DNA of 64,000 nucleotides. Origin: Vulcanimicrobiota bacterium. GTDB lineage: Bacteria; Acidobacteriota; Terriglobia; Terriglobales; Acidobacteriaceae. This document shows positions 11,220 to 19,483 of the stretch, piece by piece; the first letter of the stretch is position 1, and each line of letters begins with the position of its first letter. The stretch covers positions 491-64,490 of the forward strand of contig CAZZYH010000003.1 in the NCBI GenBank assembly GCA_964658225.1. The letters run 5' to 3'. The notes below the pieces were generated by a model. That model was given only the letters and a program-made list of their open reading frames with translations, had not been told where the DNA came from and did no database searches. Made by a program: the position numbers and the translations under genes.

Positions 11220-11555
11220 TTATGACAATGTCTTGAGGTAAGCCAAGAGGTGATTGATTTCCTGCGGTGTCAACTGCCCTTTCAAGCCGCGCATCTTTCC
11301 TTTGCCGTTCAGGATAATGGTGCGCACCGAGGCAGCGTTGGGACTCTTCATTTCGCCATAGAGGCTCGGGCCAACCAGGGTGGCTCCGGGCAGCACCGAG
11401 TGGCAGAGGGCGCAGTGCGCCTGGTAGACCAGGGCGCCTGCCTGGATCTTGCTGGCCGGCGGGTCTGCGGCCGGTGCGCCGGCATGTGTCTGCTGCGCGG
11501 CCAGGAGTGCCGCGCTTGCACACACTGCGGCGAGAAACAAAGCGACGACCCTCAT
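11220..11555 (-). CDS. Mono-haem c-type cytochrome, secreted
   Basis: An internal ATG at 11555 gives a 111 aa protein: signal peptide MRVVALFLAAVCASAALLAAQ, a single CALCH haem-binding motif, and a downstream Met (GKMRG). The longer 186 aa ORF looks like upstream read-through. Confidence 0.75.
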   Translation of the reverse strand: MRVVALFLAAVCASAALLAAQQTHAGAPAADPPASKIQAGALVYQAHCALCHSVLPGATLVGPSLYGEMKSPNAASVRTIILNGKGKMRGLKGQLTPQEINHLLAYLKTLS

Positions 11556-11692
11556 AGCACTCCTCACGAGACAAGATCCCCTGCGAGCCGCAGCAAGGGC
11601 CGGGTAGAGCGCGGTGACACGGCCGAGCGTCCACGCATGGCAGCCAGGCAAATCCGGCGCCGCATAGCGGAAGGCGCAAAAACGCTGGCGCG

Positions 11693-11702
11693 CAAACGTT
11701 TG
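11693..11702. promoter_or_regulatory. Candidate LacI-family operator, a perfect 10-bp palindrome CAAACGTTTG with central CG, in the divergent cytochrome c / lacI intergenic region
   Basis: The palindrome is visible in the sequence. It matches the generic LacI/GalR operator core AAnCGnTT. Related sites lie at 16139..16150 and 23192..23203. Confidence 0.35.
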
Positions 11703-11850
11703 GCTGACGCTGCAAAATATTCCACATGCGCGGGCGCATGTCAACCGGGAAAGCGGATTGGCTGTTGATAGCGTTTGCAAAGGCGTGCTACAGTGCAGCA
11801 GGTCGAAGGGTAGACAAGCTGTTGCTCATCCAGCCAAGGGGACTTGCACG

Positions 11851-12933
11851 ATGGCGGTTCTGATGGTGGATGTTGCACGGCGAGCGGGAGTGTCGGTAAC
11901 CACCGTTTCGCACGTGATGAATCAAACCCGTCCCATTGCGCCCGCGACCCGCGCGCGCGTGATCAAGGCCATCAAGGATCTGCACTACTACAAGAACAAC
12001 TCGGCCCGCCTGCTGGTGCGCGGCCACAGTGACACGATCGGCTTGATCATCTCCGACATAGAAAATCCCTTCCTGCCGGAGCTGGTCAAGAGTTTTGAAC
12101 GCGCGGCCACAGCGGCCGGCCTCGAGTTGCTGCTGGGCATGACGAATTACGAGCAGAAGAAAGGCGAGGCTGCCGTCCGGCGCATGATCGAAAGCCGGGT
12201 GCGCGGTGTGGCGGTGATGACATCGCAACTGGATGGAGAGTTGATCGAGCGGATGTTGCAGGCGCAGTTGCCCGTTGTCCTGCTCGACGCCACGCGCCTG
12301 GGACGCCTGCGCGGAAGCCTCTCGATCGATTATTCAGCCGGCATCCTGCCGGCCATCGAACACCTTTACGGGCTGGGCCACCGGGAGGTGGCCATGATCC
12401 ACGGCCCTCTGCACGTAGTCTCCGCTTCACGCTACTTTGAACTGGTACGCGAAGCCATCCGCGAGTTCGGAATGAAGTTGCTGGGAGCAATCGAGGGAGA
12501 TGGCGGGCCCGAGAGCGGGGCACACGGGGCGCACGTATTACTCAGCACCAAGCGACCGCCGACCGCCATCCTCTGCGGTAATGATCTCACTGCGATCGGC
12601 GCGCTGGGCATGGCTATGCGGCTCGGCAGGCGCGTCCCTGAGGACGTATCTATTCTTGGGTGCGACGATATTGCGATGGCCGGTTATAGTCAGCCTTCGC
12701 TGAGCACAGTTCGTATTCCCCGCGACACGATGGGGCAGGAGGCCTTTCGGCTGCTCGACAAGATCGTTGCTTCGAAGTCACAGCGCGGGGGCCAGGCCGT
12801 GGTCGCGACGAGCTTCATTGCGCGGGCCTCGAGCGGAGCGGCTCCAAGGGCGCGCCGTCCAAGCAGGCCTGGCAGCAGGCCGGCCCTTACACTGCTGACC
12901 CATCCCTTGGCCGCGACCAGGAGGGTAACGTGA
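11851..12933 (+). CDS. LacI family transcriptional regulator
   Basis: N-terminal HTH MVDVARRAGVSVTTVSHVMN followed by a periplasmic-binding-protein-like sugar-binding core. Start at ATG 11851. The stop overlaps the GTG of the next gene (GTGA). Confidence 0.9.
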   Translation: MAVLMVDVARRAGVSVTTVSHVMNQTRPIAPATRARVIKAIKDLHYYKNNSARLLVRGHSDTIGLIISDIENPFLPELVKSFERAATAAGLELLLGMTNYEQKKGEAAVRRMIESRVRGVAVMTSQLDGELIERMLQAQLPVVLLDATRLGRLRGSLSIDYSAGILPAIEHLYGLGHREVAMIHGPLHVVSASRYFELVREAIREFGMKLLGAIEGDGGPESGAHGAHVLLSTKRPPTAILCGNDLTAIGALGMAMRLGRRVPEDVSILGCDDIAMAGYSQPSLSTVRIPRDTMGQEAFRLLDKIVASKSQRGGQAVVATSFIARASSGAAPRARRPSRPGSRPALTLLTHPLAATRRVT

Positions 12934-14027
12934 AACAAGCTCCTGTGCGCGTCGGTATCATCGGCTCGCAGTTCCAGGCAAATTGTCATGCCGCCTCGAT
13001 CAGCATGATCGAGGGAGAGATGTCGGTTGTGGCCGTTGCTTCTCCCACGGCCGGCAACGCGCAGGCGCTGGCCGATAAGTATAAGATAGGCCGCGTCTAC
13101 ACCGACTATCGGGACTTAGTTGCAGATCCTGAAATAGACGCTGTTACGATTACGTCGCCGAACACGCTCCACTGCGAAATGGCTGTGGCCGCTGCGCGTG
13201 CCGGCAAGCATGTCATCTGCGAGAAGCCGCTTTGCGTCACACTCGACGAGGCTGACCAGATGATCGAGGCGTGCCGCAGCCAGGGAGTGCTGCTGCTGTA
13301 TGCAGAGGAGCTTTTCTTTACGCCGAAGTATGTCAAGGCGAAGGAGATGGCAGACGCCGGGGCTTTTGGGCGAGTGCATCTTGTCAAGCAGAGCGAGAAG
13401 CACTTCGGCCCTCACTCTGACTGGTTTTGGGATGTGAAGCGCTCGGGCGGCGGGGCGCTGCTCGATCTTGGCTGTCACGGAATTGCTTTTGCCTACTGGT
13501 TTCTTGGCCGTCCGAAAGTGGTAAGTGCCTACGCGCACTTAGGCACTTACGTGCATGGACACCAGACGCAGGCGGATGATGAAGCAGTCACGATTATCGA
13601 GTTTGCAGGCAACGCTATCAGCATCATTGAAAATAGCTGGGCGCGCCGCGGCGGCATGGACGATCGCATCGAGGTGTACGGTGAAGGCGGACTTACCATG
13701 GCCAATCTGCACATGGGCAACGCGCTGCCCACCTATAGCGAATACGGCTTTGGCTACGCTGTAGAGAAGGCGCCGAGCACCACCGGATGGAGCTACCCGG
13801 TCTTCGAAGAGTTATGGAATTATGGCTTTCCTCAGGAGATGCGGCACTTTGCGCGAGCCATTCGCGGGCTCGATGCCCCGCAGGCAACGGGCGAAGACGG
13901 CAAGGTTGTTCTGGAGGCGGTGTACGCGGCATATGCTTCGGCAGGGCTGGGACGAAAGGTGCTGCTCCCGTATCGACCGACCGCGGCCCTGCCTATTGAT
14001 GAGTGGCTAGGCAGGATCAGCAGATGA
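12930..14027 (+). CDS. Gfo/Idh/MocA family oxidoreductase (cytoplasmic)
   Basis: Motifs: VRVGIIGSQF Rossmann start, KHVICEKPL, GGGALLDLGCHG. GTG start preceded by AGGAGGG. Confidence 0.85.
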   Translation: MKQAPVRVGIIGSQFQANCHAASISMIEGEMSVVAVASPTAGNAQALADKYKIGRVYTDYRDLVADPEIDAVTITSPNTLHCEMAVAAARAGKHVICEKPLCVTLDEADQMIEACRSQGVLLLYAEELFFTPKYVKAKEMADAGAFGRVHLVKQSEKHFGPHSDWFWDVKRSGGGALLDLGCHGIAFAYWFLGRPKVVSAYAHLGTYVHGHQTQADDEAVTIIEFAGNAISIIENSWARRGGMDDRIEVYGEGGLTMANLHMGNALPTYSEYGFGYAVEKAPSTTGWSYPVFEELWNYGFPQEMRHFARAIRGLDAPQATGEDGKVVLEAVYAAYASAGLGRKVLLPYRPTAALPIDEWLGRISR

Positions 14028-15130
14028 GCAGCTTGCCGATGCTCGACAATATCGTCGGGCAGCCTGCATCGCATCGTGGCGTGATCGGCCAATGTCTTGG
14101 CCAGCAGAACGCCGCGCTGGTTGCTTGTGCAAAGCAGATTCGCGCATGTCGAGGAAGAGTAATCTTCAGTGGCATGGGGGCTTCTCTCTTCGCGGCCCTG
14201 CCCGCGGCGAGCCGACTCGAGCAGCAAGGCTATTCGGTTCAAACGGCAGAAAGCGCGGAGCTGCTGCACTATGGAAGCGCCGGACTGCGCCCTGGGGATG
14301 TGGGCGTGTTGCTCTCGCGCTCGGGCGGGTCGATCGAGGTGCTTCGGCTGGCAGAAAAGATGAGGGCGCAGGGCGTCCCTGTGCTCGGGATCACAAACGT
14401 AGCTGATTCGCAGCTCGCACTTTTGAGCGACCTGTGCCTGGTCATCGGCGCACACGCAGATCAGCTAATTGCCGTCCAGACTTACTCCGGTACGCTGCTC
14501 GCGTTGCTGCTGCTGGCCGAGCAAGTACTCGACGGAGGAAGCTCGCACCTGAGCCATGCTTGCCTCACGGTACTCCCGAGCCTATCTGCGTTTATCGAAC
14601 AAAACGTGCAGTGGAGCGAGGGCTGGCGCGATCTGTTCGATGGGCCCGGCGCTCTCTACCTGATGGGTCGCGGGCCATCGCTCGCCTCGGCGCATGCGGG
14701 AGCGCTGCTGTTGCATGAGACTGCGAAAGCGCCGGCGATTGCCATCTCCTCGGGCCAGTTTCGTCACGGGCCTGTCGAGGTTGTTTCGGATGCATTTCGG
14801 TGCGTGGTCTTCGGTGCTCCGCCCGGGACACGTGGGATGGACTGGTCGCTCGCCTGTGACCTGGTAAAGATGGGCGCAAAGGTGCGCTGGATCGGACCCG
14901 CGGTCACGACAGAGGGAGCGCGACCACTTGTGGAATGGCCGCCGCTCGGAGTGGATGTGCCGGCAGCCGTGATCCTGGCCCCACTCTTCGAAATCATTCC
15001 CTTGCAGGTGGCCGCATACCGCCTGGCCCTGTGGCGGGGCGTCACGCCCGGGGACTTTCGCTACGCCTCCGAAGTCACCGCGCAGGAGTCCGGCTTTCCG
15101 CTTTTCGAATTGAAGTCGTCCCGCGTATGA
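14024..15130 (+). CDS. Double SIS-domain sugar-phosphate isomerase/deaminase (GlmS C-terminal / NagB-II / AgaS / FrlB-like)
   Basis: Two SIS modules (FSGMGAS... and LMGRGPS...). The ATG at 14024 overlaps the upstream stop (ATGA). Confidence 0.8.
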   Translation: MSSLPMLDNIVGQPASHRGVIGQCLGQQNAALVACAKQIRACRGRVIFSGMGASLFAALPAASRLEQQGYSVQTAESAELLHYGSAGLRPGDVGVLLSRSGGSIEVLRLAEKMRAQGVPVLGITNVADSQLALLSDLCLVIGAHADQLIAVQTYSGTLLALLLLAEQVLDGGSSHLSHACLTVLPSLSAFIEQNVQWSEGWRDLFDGPGALYLMGRGPSLASAHAGALLLHETAKAPAIAISSGQFRHGPVEVVSDAFRCVVFGAPPGTRGMDWSLACDLVKMGAKVRWIGPAVTTEGARPLVEWPPLGVDVPAAVILAPLFEIIPLQVAAYRLALWRGVTPGDFRYASEVTAQESGFPLFELKSSRV

Positions 15131-16044
15131 ACGAAAAGCAAGCAGTGATCGCCATCGATATTGGTGGGAGCACGACCAAATTGGCATGCATTGACTCCGA
15201 GGGCGAGGTGTGTCACTGGCGGAGTTTGCCGACGTCCGGCCCAGATCCGGGGCCGTTTCTCGATCGAGTGCTTCGAGGCGTCCTGAAAATCCTGAGCGAA
15301 GCATCGCAACCTGTACTCGGAGTTTCGCTCGCCATGGCTGGCTTTGTGAGCCGACAAGGTACGCTCACCTATAATCCGAATCTGGCGTGGCTCGAGCACG
15401 CGCCCCTAGCCGACCGGCTTCGCGATGCTCTGCATCTCCCCGTATCTGTCGAAACGGACTCAAATGCTGCTTGTGCCGGGGAATATCTCTTCGGTCAAGG
15501 ACGGGGCGCTTCCCGCTTTCTCTGCCTCACCGGCGGTACTGGCCTTGGCGTGGGCATGGTGATCGACGGCCGCCTGCTGCGATTTGCACATGGCGGTATG
15601 GGCGATGCGGGGCACATCATCCTTTCGCCAACAGGTCCCCTGTGCACCTGCGGAGGGCGGGGCTGTGCGGAGGCCTTTCTGTCGACTGCCCTGCTTGGTC
15701 ACAGGTACTCGGACCAGGGTGGCGGCAGTCCAAGCTTTCGCAGCCTCGTCGAGGCTGCAAAGGGTGGCGAACCGCGAGCGATCGAACTGCTGGCGGAGGC
15801 AGGTCACTGGCTCGGCATTGCCGCAGCATCGCTTTCGCATCTTTTCTTTCCTGATCGGATTGCTGTTGCAGGAGGCCTCTGCCAGGCCGGGGACCCATTG
15901 TTTGTCGCGGCAGCCAAAGCCCTGCATGCCTATGGCGGCAACTACCCGCTGGCCGGGGTTTCGCTGGTACGCGCCAGCACCGGCGAGCATGCGACTCTGG
16001 TAGGGGCAGCAGCCTGCTTCTTTTCGCCGGAACTGCGTGCATAG
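15127..16044 (+). CDS. ROK family sugar kinase
   Basis: Motifs: AIDIGGSTTK phosphate-1 motif, GLGVGMV, and the ROK zinc motif CTCGGRGCAEAF. The ATG at 15127 overlaps the upstream stop (ATGA). Confidence 0.85.
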   Translation: MNEKQAVIAIDIGGSTTKLACIDSEGEVCHWRSLPTSGPDPGPFLDRVLRGVLKILSEASQPVLGVSLAMAGFVSRQGTLTYNPNLAWLEHAPLADRLRDALHLPVSVETDSNAACAGEYLFGQGRGASRFLCLTGGTGLGVGMVIDGRLLRFAHGGMGDAGHIILSPTGPLCTCGGRGCAEAFLSTALLGHRYSDQGGGSPSFRSLVEAAKGGEPRAIELLAEAGHWLGIAAASLSHLFFPDRIAVAGGLCQAGDPLFVAAAKALHAYGGNYPLAGVSLVRASTGEHATLVGAAACFFSPELRA

Positions 16045-16104
16045 CTCCATCTCTCTCCGCGGGCATGCGCACCAGAAGTCGCGAGGCGCTACGCAAGGGT
16101 TGGA

Positions 16105-16150
16105 TTGACATCTGAGAGAGCGCCTCGTGTAACGTGTAGCAATCGTTTGC
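16105..16150 (+). promoter_or_regulatory. Candidate promoter (TTGACA at 16105..16110) followed by the operator-like near-palindrome GCAATCGTTTGC (16139..16150), upstream of the GMC dehydrogenase genes
   Basis: Both sequences are visible. The near-palindrome matches 10 of 12 positions and shares the AAnCGTTT core with the site at 11693..11702. The -10 element is not convincing. Confidence 0.3.
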
Positions 16151-16172
16151 GGAGTTTAGAGGAGAGGCTTGA

Positions 16173-16790
16173 ATGGCTGGTCAAGGGCCGAGTCGGAGAG
16201 AGTTACTTGAGGCTTTGGGGCTCGCCGGGGCCGCCAGCGCGTTTGCGGGCTTCTCGCGCTGGAACTATGTATTTGCTGCGATGCAAAGCAGCCCAAGGCG
16301 CAGGCATGGGCCCGTCCACCCGATCTACCAGCCGCAATTCTTCACTCACGATCAATATCGCACCCTGGAAGTACTCGTCGACCTGATCCTGCCCGCCACC
16401 CAGAGCGCGGGGCATACTAGGCTGCCTGGAGCGAGGGAGGCGGGTGTCGCAGAGTTTGTCGACTTCATGGTTTTCAGCGACACCTCATTACAGGCGCCCT
16501 TTCGCGATGGCCTATCCTGGCTCGATCAGGCCAGTGCCCCCAGGGAGAGCTTTCACAGTCTAGTCCCGGCAGAGCAGATCGCCATTCTGACACGGGTAGC
16601 CTACAAGGCTAAATATCGCGAGAGCGAAAAAGCAGGTCAGCAATTCTTCCGTCTCCTGCGCAAGTACACGGTCACCGGTTTCTATACCACGCGCATCGGA
16701 CTCGAATCGCTCGATTTTCCCGGGCTTACTTTCTACGGAACATCTCCCGGTTGTACGCACGAGGGCAATCCAGAACATGCCGGCTTATAA
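16173..16790 (+). CDS. Gluconate 2-dehydrogenase subunit 3-like small subunit (the TAT-signal carrier of FAD sugar dehydrogenases)
   Basis: Twin-arginine signal SRRELLEALGLAGAASAFAG. Size of about 200 aa and position directly upstream of a GMC subunit. A GGAGAG Shine-Dalgarno precedes the ATG. Confidence 0.7.
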   Translation: MAGQGPSRRELLEALGLAGAASAFAGFSRWNYVFAAMQSSPRRRHGPVHPIYQPQFFTHDQYRTLEVLVDLILPATQSAGHTRLPGAREAGVAEFVDFMVFSDTSLQAPFRDGLSWLDQASAPRESFHSLVPAEQIAILTRVAYKAKYRESEKAGQQFFRLLRKYTVTGFYTTRIGLESLDFPGLTFYGTSPGCTHEGNPEHAGL

Positions 16791-16805
16791 GAAAGGGGTA
16801 AGTGC

Positions 16806-18491
16806 ATGATTGCCTATGACGTCATCGTGATCGGAACGGGCGCAGGTGGTGGGATGGCGATCAAAGTACTGTGCGAAGCAGGGCTCAAGGTCTGCGCGCT
16901 CAACGCCGGCAGGCAGGCGGTCCCGGCCAAGGATTTCCGCATGCACCGCCTACCCTACGAGATGAAGTTCCGCGGCATCGATTCGCCTGCGCGGCGGGCG
17001 CAGAGTGTCGGGTACATGGATAATGAATATGTTGCCCCCGATGCGTGGGAACACGAGATAGCTTACGCGACTGCTGAGCAAACACGGTGGACCTGGCCAC
17101 GCTCGAATCTTGTTGGCGGCAAGACGAATTTTTGGGGTCGCTCCGCGGCACGCATGGCAGACATCGACTTCAAGGCCGCGTCGCGCGACGGCTACGATGT
17201 CGATTGGCCTGTGACCTACGACGAGATAGCACCCTACTATACGAGGGTGGAAGAGATGATCGGGGTAGCGAGCACGGTTCAAAACCGCCCTTCGAATCCG
17301 GATGGGAGTTACCTGCCGCCGATCCGCTTCCGCTGTATCGACCACATTGTCGAAACGGGTGCGAAGAAGTTAGGGGTTCCTTATCTGCCGGATCGCATCG
17401 CGCAACTTACCCAGGCCCATGCAGGGCATCCGGCGTGTCACTACTGTGGCAACTGTACGGAAGGCTGTGATGTAGGGGCATTTTTCTCATCGCCTTATTT
17501 CTTCCTCCCCTTGGCGCAGGCTACTGGAAATCTTGAGTTGCGCACCAATGCGATTGCGCGGGAGATCCTCGTCGACCAGCAAGGGCGCGCCAAGGGGGTC
17601 GCCTACGTCGATCGCCTGACGCGGCAAGAAGTCGAAGTGCAGGCCCGGGCGGTCGTGGTTGCGGCCTCCTGCGTGAGCACCGCACAGATCATGCTCAATT
17701 CTCGCTCCCGCCTCTGGCCGACTGGCATCGCCAATTCCAGCGGGCAATTAGGGAGGAACTTATGCGATCACCTTTACGGGACCTCCGCCTCCGGCTATCT
17801 TCCGCAGCTGCTTGGGCAGCCCAGTTTTCCTGACAACGTATCGGCGGCCACCGTCGCTTGGCTCCCTCGCTGGCAGAATCTCGAAAAGCCTACGCAGGAG
17901 AAATTCATTCGCGGCTACTCACTGTATCCCGGGGGCGGCTGCGATGAGTTCCCATCCTACTACGACGACATAGAAGGTTTCGGCGCAACTTATAAAGCAG
18001 AGATCAAGCGAAGATATCCGACCCCGGTCAGCTTTACCGTGCAGGCCCCGTCCCAGCGCTCGGACAAGAACTATGTCGATATCGATCCCGAGAAGAAAGA
18101 CATCTTCGGGACGCCGCAGGCGCGCATACACTTTGCCTGGGACGAGAACACGCTGAAGATGTGGGACCATGCAAAGCAGGTGTGCGAGGAACTCTTCAAG
18201 ACCATGGGCGGTGTCTACCAGGGGCATGGCGAGCCTGAATCTCCGGGCTGGAGCCTTCACGAAACCGGAACCTGCCGCATGGGAAATGATCCAAAGTCAT
18301 TTGTTACGAATCGATTTGGACAAACGCACGACGTGCCCAATCTCTACGTGTGCGACGCCAGCGTCTTGCTGAACTGCACCGATAAGACGACGACGCTCTC
18401 GATACTAGCTTTTGCCCTGCGCACGTCGGAGTATATCGTGCAGCAGTTCAAGGCAGGCACACACGCGCGGGAGGCGCCTACAGTCGGATGA
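16806..18491 (+). CDS. GMC family FAD-dependent sugar dehydrogenase, catalytic subunit
   Basis: Starts directly with the Rossmann motif YDVIVIGTGAGGG and has no signal peptide. Cys cluster ACHYCGNCTEGCDVGA. C-terminal GMC motif HETGTCRMG. Confidence 0.85.
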   Translation: MIAYDVIVIGTGAGGGMAIKVLCEAGLKVCALNAGRQAVPAKDFRMHRLPYEMKFRGIDSPARRAQSVGYMDNEYVAPDAWEHEIAYATAEQTRWTWPRSNLVGGKTNFWGRSAARMADIDFKAASRDGYDVDWPVTYDEIAPYYTRVEEMIGVASTVQNRPSNPDGSYLPPIRFRCIDHIVETGAKKLGVPYLPDRIAQLTQAHAGHPACHYCGNCTEGCDVGAFFSSPYFFLPLAQATGNLELRTNAIAREILVDQQGRAKGVAYVDRLTRQEVEVQARAVVVAASCVSTAQIMLNSRSRLWPTGIANSSGQLGRNLCDHLYGTSASGYLPQLLGQPSFPDNVSAATVAWLPRWQNLEKPTQEKFIRGYSLYPGGGCDEFPSYYDDIEGFGATYKAEIKRRYPTPVSFTVQAPSQRSDKNYVDIDPEKKDIFGTPQARIHFAWDENTLKMWDHAKQVCEELFKTMGGVYQGHGEPESPGWSLHETGTCRMGNDPKSFVTNRFGQTHDVPNLYVCDASVLLNCTDKTTTLSILAFALRTSEYIVQQFKAGTHAREAPTVG

Positions 18492-19411
18492 CACGCTTCA
18501 CCCGTCGCGCGTTTCTTAAGAGCTCCGCACTGTGCTCGGCAGGGGTAGTGTTCGCCGCAAAGGAGAAGGCCCCGCGCGATCACTTTCCTGCGGAAGCGCG
18601 TGCGCGCATTGCTGTGGCAACCTACCCATTTCGCAGATCGATTCTTGCGCCGGACAACGATGCACGCGATGCCTCAAAGCCAGGTATGGATCTCGCGGCA
18701 TTCGGCCGTTACATTCGGTCGGAGTTTGGCGTCCGCGGGATCGAGCCTCTCAACTCCCACTTTGCATCGACCGAGCCCGATGCAGTGAGTAAGCTTCGCG
18801 CCAGCTTTGATGAAGCCGGCGTGTATGCGGTAAACATTCCCGTCGACGAACCAATCGAGCTATGCAGCGAGGATGCGGCCAAGCGGAAGCTCGGCAACGC
18901 AAGGTATCGGCGCTGGATCGATACGGCCGTGCTGCTTGGCTCGCCAAGTATTCGCATCTGGCTGCCCAAGTGTGCAGACGCCCCCGCGGTGTCGCTTGCG
19001 CTGAGCGCGCTACGCCCGACACTTACTTACGCCCGGTCGCGAGGCATCGTCGTCAATCTCGAAAATGACGACCCGGTGCTATCCTCCGACACGCGTGTGC
19101 TGTCTGCGCTCAAACAGGCCGGTACACCTTACCTGAGGGCTCTGCCTGATTTCGGAAACTCGCTCATGGGCGGCGATGAGCGTTTCAACGCGCAGGCGGT
19201 CGAGCACATGTTCGCCTATGCCTGGAACATCGCGCATGTCAAGGACTCTGAAGTGATCGAAGGGAAGCGCCGAACGGTTTCGCTGGCGCAACTCTTCGGT
19301 ATCGCGAAGACAGCAGGGTACCGGGGGTACTTCTCTATGGAGTCGGACTCGAGTGCTGACCCCTTTACCGATACGAAGCATTTGATCGAGCAATCGCTCG
19401 CTCTCATCTAA
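18488..19411 (+). CDS. Xylose-isomerase-like TIM-barrel protein (sugar phosphate isomerase/epimerase family), TAT-exported
   Basis: Textbook TAT motif MTRFTRRAFLKSS. AP-endonuclease-2 / xylose-isomerase-like pattern (IRIW, NLEND, SMESD). The ATG overlaps the upstream stop (ATGA). Confidence 0.75.
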   Translation: MTRFTRRAFLKSSALCSAGVVFAAKEKAPRDHFPAEARARIAVATYPFRRSILAPDNDARDASKPGMDLAAFGRYIRSEFGVRGIEPLNSHFASTEPDAVSKLRASFDEAGVYAVNIPVDEPIELCSEDAAKRKLGNARYRRWIDTAVLLGSPSIRIWLPKCADAPAVSLALSALRPTLTYARSRGIVVNLENDDPVLSSDTRVLSALKQAGTPYLRALPDFGNSLMGGDERFNAQAVEHMFAYAWNIAHVKDSEVIEGKRRTVSLAQLFGIAKTAGYRGYFSMESDSSADPFTDTKHLIEQSLALI

Positions 19412-19483
19412 ACAAGTGCGAGTCCCGATTCAGGTGCAGCGCGGTAAACCACCGGGCTGCACCTATGCCGCCGACTTGCGGCA

